DNA of 24,000 bases, taken from positions 1 to 24,000 of the forward strand of contig NZ_ATHV01000041.1 of the NCBI RefSeq assembly GCF_000422205.1. The letters run 5' to 3'. The position numbers were made by a program, and so were the translations under genes. Below are positions 23,081-24,000 of the stretch, piece by piece; the first letter of the stretch is position 1, and each line of letters starts with the position of its first letter. This stretch comes from Desulfovibrio sp. X2 (GTDB lineage Bacteria > Desulfobacterota > Desulfovibrionia > Desulfovibrionales > Desulfovibrionaceae). Under the pieces are notes generated by a model. That model had not been told where the DNA came from. It worked only from the letters and a program-made list of their open reading frames with translations, and searched no databases.

Positions 23081-24000
23081 ATGAAGCTGAAACCGCAAGA
23101 GCTGCTCGATACTATCGATTACAGCAAGCTGCCCTCCACGGGGTGGATGGAGACGCCCAACGACTTCAGCCCCGGCCGTTGGCCCTACCCGGCGAAAGTC
23201 GAGCTGCACAAGGCCCTGGGCTTCAAGAACGCCCACGAGTGGCGTGCCGACGAAGAGGACTGGCATCTGCCCGAGAACTGGCAGGACATCATCCATCAGG
23301 GCTTCAAGGCGCGGCTCGACAAGTACCGCTCCTTCAAGGTCTTCATGGACATCTGCGTGCGCTGCGGCGCCTGCGCGGACAAGTGCCACTTCTACGTGGG
23401 CGGCGGCGATCCCAAGAACATGCCGGTCCTGCGCGCCGAGCTCCTGCGCTCGGTCTACCGCAAGGACTTCACCATGGCGGGCAAGATCCTGGGCAAGCTG
23501 AACGGCGCCCGCGTCCTCGAGAAGGACGTGCTCAAGGAGTGGTTCCTCTACTTCTACCAGTGCACCGAGTGCCGCCGCTGCTCCCTCTTCTGCCCCTACG
23601 GCATCGACACCGCCGAGATCACGATGATGGCCCGCGAGCTGCTCCACGAGGTCGGCCTGGGCATCAACTGGATCATCGAGCCGGTCTCCAACTGCAACCG
23701 CACCGGCAACCACCTCGGCATCCAGCCCCACGCCTTCAAGGAAATCGTCGAGTTCATGTGCGACGACATCGAGGAGTACACGGGCGTCCGCATCAACCCG
23801 CCGTTCAACGAGCCGGGCCACGAGGTGCTGTTCATCACGCCGTCCGGCGACGTCTTCGCCGATCCCGGCATCTACACCTTCATGGGCTACCTGCTCCTCT
23901 TCGAGGCCATCGGGCTGGACTACACCCTGTCCACCTACGCCTCCGAGGGCGGCAACTTCGGCTTCTTCACCGGGGCCGACACCATGCAGAAGCTGAACGG
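23081..24000 (+). CDS. dsrK: DsrK, HdrD-like iron-sulfur catalytic subunit of DsrMKJOP (5' part; runs off the window)
   Basis: Not in the track because no stop falls inside the window. ATG at 23081 follows AAGGAG. Begins MKLKPQELLDTIDYSKLPSTGWMETP. The two ferredoxin-type motifs are CVRCGACADKC and CTECRRCSLFCP, followed by NCNRTGNHLG. Confidence 0.88.
   Translation, partial: MKLKPQELLDTIDYSKLPSTGWMETPNDFSPGRWPYPAKVELHKALGFKNAHEWRADEEDWHLPENWQDIIHQGFKARLDKYRSFKVFMDICVRCGACADKCHFYVGGGDPKNMPVLRAELLRSVYRKDFTMAGKILGKLNGARVLEKDVLKEWFLYFYQCTECRRCSLFCPYGIDTAEITMMARELLHEVGLGINWIIEPVSNCNRTGNHLGIQPHAFKEIVEFMCDDIEEYTGVRINPPFNEPGHEVLFITPSGDVFADPGIYTFMGYLLLFEAIGLDYTLSTYASEGGNFGFFTGADTMQKLN

Noticed and set aside
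21281-23821. 846-aa minus-strand ORF
   Set aside because: It is antisense to the RsbRD_N-like gene, dsrM and dsrK. It has no motifs and acidic/Arg-rich low complexity.

Overview
This is a very GC-rich chromosomal segment. Its gene content suggests a Desulfovibrio-type sulfate reducer, inferred from dsrM/dsrK and the strong G/C-ending codon bias. I could not run any searches, so all calls rest on reading the translations and the DNA.

Gene order, left to right:
- A probable 3' gene end at the left edge, followed by two strong hairpins.
- A minus-strand operon: ABC1/UbiB-family kinase, phasin-like coiled-coil protein, Maf-like DUF115 protein, ridA.
- BAX-inhibitor/YccA-family membrane protein, lpxK and rnr (RNase R).
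- A convergent, large PAS-GGDEF-EAL membrane sensor.
- About 0.9 kb of poorly explained DNA: an AT-rich island, a candidate 46-aa ORF, a 12-bp tandem array and an acidic 96-aa orphan.
- The classic minus-strand cluster rpmH-rnpA-yidD-yidC-jag-mnmE.
- A LUD/YkgG-like protein, a PAP2 phosphatase and a VOC/glyoxalase-fold protein.
- An RsbRD_N-like small protein, then dsrM and the 5' part of dsrK.

I see no transposase, integrase, CRISPR array, tRNA/rRNA, or recognisable defence or toxin module, and I cannot honestly name a novel system. Most long ORFs in the track are off-frame or antisense shadows caused by the GC content.

The items most worth a second look are:
- rnpA has no canonical start codon downstream of rpmH, so it may be translated from upstream of rpmH and overlap it completely out of frame, as in Thermus.
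- The orphan region 12.8-13.7 kb.
- The Maf-like gene sitting in a non-flagellar operon.
- The uncharacterised small gene directly upstream of dsrMK.
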